Source: Podarcis filfolensis
Lineage: Eukaryota
Assembly (NCBI GenBank): GCA_964270895.1
Contig: OZ185442.1
Reading direction: 5' to 3' (one strand)
DNA: 64,000 bases
Made by a program: the position numbers and the translations under genes. Position 1 is the stretch's first letter, and each line of letters opens with the position of its first letter. The notes beneath the pieces were generated by a model. That model was not told where the DNA came from. It ran no database searches and saw nothing but the letters and a program-made list of their open reading frames with translations. Shown here one piece after another: positions 61,501 to 64,000 of the stretch.

Positions 61501-62517
61501 ACAAGAATAATGGGAACTGTAGTTTGCTTGGGTGCTGGGAATAGTAGCTCAGCAAGCAGTGAAAGTAAACTTGTGCACAAAACAAAGAAGAACCTATGTA
61601 AGCTGTAAAGTGTCGAGCACATTAAACTTGGGGCTAGGATGCGGAAGAACAGAGTTGGAATCCACACGGGGAGACATTGGGCTAGTTCAGGGGTCAGCAA
61701 CCTTTTTTAGCTGTGGGCCAGTCCACCGTCCCTCAGACCATGTGGTGGGCCAGACTATATTTTTAAGGGGGGGAAATGAACGAATTCCTATGTCCCACAA
61801 ATAACCCAGAGATGCATTTTAAATAAAAGGACACATTCTACTCGTGTAAAAACACGCTGATTTCCGGACTGTCCGCAGGCCAGACTGAGAAGGAGATTGG
61901 GCCGTAGGCCTTAGGTTGCCTACCCTAGTTGCTGTCTCTCAGCCGAACCTATCTTACAGGGTTTCTGTGAGCCTAAACTGTATCTGGGGAAAACTGAATA
62001 CCACCTGGAGCTCCTTGGAGGAAACGTGGGGTATATATATATATATATATATATAATAAAAAATAACCTGCCATATTTGTGGAGCCTCCTGTGAATACTG
62101 CTGAGTGGGGACCCCTGACTCAAAGTCCTATCTCCCCTCTGGTTCTATATAAATATTAATTTACTCCTCTTCCTCCATGCTTCTCCCCAGGCTAGGCAGA
62201 AAACCCAGGGGCTCTGATACCCTGTTCCAGACACACCAGACTCCACTGCCTTGCTCCTCATACGGCTACTAGACTCCAGCCCTTCCCTTGAGTAACAGGA
62301 AATATTCATGAAGCCAATCACCTTTTCTCTTGCCGGCAAGCCTGTTCATGAGGTAGGACTTGCCAGTGCGGTACAACCCCGCAATGGCCACCACCACCAC
62401 CGGCTGGCGGATCCTGGCAAGCACCTCTGCAGCCTCCCGGTTCACCACAAGCTTCCCATCTGGCATGTTCTCAATTAGGCAAACAGGAGCCTCCATGTGG
62501 ACCTGCCCTGGGGCCAT
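52289..62517 (-). CDS. Guanylate-binding protein-like large GTPase, copy B, 10 coding exons, 657 aa
   Basis: Exons 62517-62322, 61316-61189, 60500-60391, 59810-59611, 58638-58396, 56797-56514, 54956-54744, 54316-54214, 53946-53753, 52591-52289 (196/128/110/200/243/284/213/103/194/303 nt = 1974). All GT-AG; same motifs and intron phases as copy A. Confidence 0.95.
55893..56123. mobile_element. Tigger-like MITE
   Basis: CAGTGGTACCTCAGGTTA ... TAACCTGAGGTACCACTG, TA TSD; same family as 58864-59114. Confidence 0.88.
56255..56405 (+). mobile_element. tRNA-Lys-derived SINE with CR1-type tail
   Basis: gcagctcagccagtagagcatcagactcttaatc head and cccttccaactgtacaattctatgat tail. Confidence 0.75.
57157..57503 (+). 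mobile_element. Sauria SINE, full length with TSD
   Basis: TSD CTCTATGCTACA at 57145-57156 and 57504-57515; (CCTTTA)n tail. Confidence 0.9.
58864..59114. mobile_element. Tigger-like MITE
   Basis: CAGTGGTACCTCGGGTTA ... TAACACGAGGTACCACTG, TA TSD. Confidence 0.88.
59939..60168. mobile_element. Tigger-like MITE
   Basis: (T)AGTCGTACCTTGG ... CCAAGATACGACTG, TA TSD; the paralogous intron in GBP copy A (about 43790-43800) shows the empty site. Confidence 0.85.
61457..61499. repeat. (CA)n microsatellite
   Basis: Direct reading. Confidence 0.95.
61688..61926. mobile_element. hAT-Charlie-like MITE
   Basis: CAGGGGTCAGCAACC ... GGTTGCCTACCC; right end slightly eroded. Confidence 0.7.
62033..62054. 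repeat. (TA)n microsatellite
   Basis: Direct reading. Confidence 0.9.
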
Positions 62518-62602
62518 CGTGGAAAAGATGATGGGTCTGCAAAAGGAAAACAGGAGCTCACAACATAGTGGAAACTCAAGTGTGTGTCTGCCTATTAGTG
62601 AG

Positions 62603-62706
62603 TCCGTGTTTCCCAAACTTGGGTCTCCAGCTGTTTTGGGACTACAGTTCCCATCATCCCTGACCACTGGTCCTGCTAGCTAGGGATGATGGGAATTGTA
62701 GTCCAA
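62603..62706. mobile_element. Palindromic non-autonomous DNA-element fragment (ACTACA..TCCC...GGGA..TGTAGT type)
   Basis: gactacagttcccatcatccct...agggatgatgggaattgtagtcc; related palindromic pieces at about 31960-32095, 32640-32790, 39210-39600, 50080-50200, 50450-50560. Confidence 0.55.
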
Positions 62707-63517
62707 TTCAATTCAAGTGTCTCTCTCTGCCTGTGAGCGAGTGAATGAGTGAAACCTGACTGGAAAAAGAGTTCAAGAAGGGCACAAATCACGATTCAGC
62801 TTCACCTCACTGGGATCCCAGATATCTTCTGGCACCTGAAAGTTACCCAGTTCGACATTCTCAGGATAGTTGTGACAAGTCTACATCTGTCCTAGATGCT
62901 GTCATTTTTCTTTCATGCACACCTGGAAATAGACTTTGTCCATGCTGTCACCATTCCCCCCCCAGCACCACACCTATGGCTTTCATTTTATCGGAACTGA
63001 TGTGAAGCCGGCAGAACTGCCCCCCCCCCCATTTAAGAATACATTCTGGTGTGCCAACATTTTAATTCCTACCCCTCCCGTGCCTCTGTTGCAAGAGCCA
63101 CGTATTATTTATACTATCGGCAAAAGTTGAAGCAAAAGTTCTAGCTGCACGCTGCAGGCACGAAAGCAAAACTCTCCACTGGAAAGGTCAGTGCGGGGGG
63201 GGGGGGGGGAGGGCGCGGCACGGAACTTGCATGTTTGGTTAACCCTTTCCTTGCCAGCCACCTCCCCGCTGCTACGATTCCCTTCCTTGCAGGTGTGTCA
63301 AAACTTGAATATTGGGGAGGCCCAGGTAAGCCCCACCCCGCATAATCGATCACATGACACGGTGCACACACCCCATTTGAATGACAATACCCTTCAACTT
63401 GGGGTGGGGGCTCAAATATTTTATTGGGGGAGCAAAAACCCCTCGGCCCCTCCGATTTGGCTCCTACACTCCCTCGGCTGCTTTTGCTCCTGGCTAAGAT
63501 TCCCGCGCCGTGTTTAC

Positions 63518-63880
63518 CTTGTAAAAAGAAAGGAGCGCTAGGGGTTAACAACAACAGCGACATCGCGAAGCTGCCGTTTCTTACTTTTTGGTGTTGTTTT
63601 CTTTTTTGCAGGGACGGCCCTCGGGAGGATGGGTCTTGACCGGACTCGATTGTTGCGGGTTCTCTCTTGCAGACGAGCTGGCAGGCCGGCAGGAAGAGGG
63701 AGAGAGCCTTGCTCGGAGTTCCCAGCGGAGACGGCGGGAGGGGACGGCAGGAGAAGCTCAAGCCTCGCCTTCGGGGTAAGAGCAAGAACTCGGGAATTGC
63801 AAGACGCTTTTGTGGCTCCAAAGCTCTTGCAGCGCCCCAGCTGGGAGTTCGTCGCGACCAATCAGCCTCCTTTATTGCCC
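63518..63880 (-). other. Probable non-coding exon 1 of GBP copy B
   Basis: Donor at 63518/63517 conserved with copy A; lies between the ISRE/GAS block and coding exon 2. 5' boundary is a guess. Confidence 0.5.
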
Positions 63881-63904
63881 TGGCGAGGCTTCAAGATATG
63901 CGAG

Positions 63905-63970
63905 GACCGAAAGCGAAAGTGCCCGGGCTCCGCACCTCTTTCTCTGAAAGGCGCGCGATTCTGGGAAACG
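63905..63970 (-). promoter_or_regulatory. Interferon-responsive promoter of GBP copy B (ISRE + GAS)
   Basis: GAAAGCGAAAGT at 63909-63920; TTCTCTGAA at 63940-63948; TTCTGGGAA at 63959-63967; CpG-rich surroundings. Confidence 0.75.
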
Positions 63971-64000
63971 AGCAAACAGAAAGGCAGGTGGAATTAAGCA

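Overview
Vertebrate genomic DNA from a squamate reptile; Sauria-type SINEs with (ACCTTT)n tails point to a lacertid-like lizard (inference). Four spliced protein-coding genes, all on the minus strand, could be rebuilt exon by exon with canonical GT-AG junctions and continuous frames: (1) RPS19 (145 aa, 5'TOP non-coding exon, ETS-rich CpG promoter); (2) a two-exon adenosine-receptor-like class A GPCR (about 354 aa) with DRY replaced by NAH and Asn6.55 replaced by Tyr; (3,4) two tandem guanylate-binding protein genes (624 and 657 aa) with ISRE+GAS promoters. Both GBPs lack a CaaX motif, end in STPKK(K), and have lost the switch-I Ser/His pair. The rest is dense in mobile DNA: Rex1/Babar, L1, L2 and CR1-type LINE pieces, a Penelope element with a 219-bp inverted repeat, tRNA-derived SINEs, Tc1/mariner and hAT MITEs (several nested, with TSDs), and a 1.96-kb TSD-flanked L1-like element with one unrecognised 224-aa ORF and no reverse transcriptase (half-L1-like). 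There is a 128-nt assembly gap. All family assignments and alignments were made by eye, without database searches.
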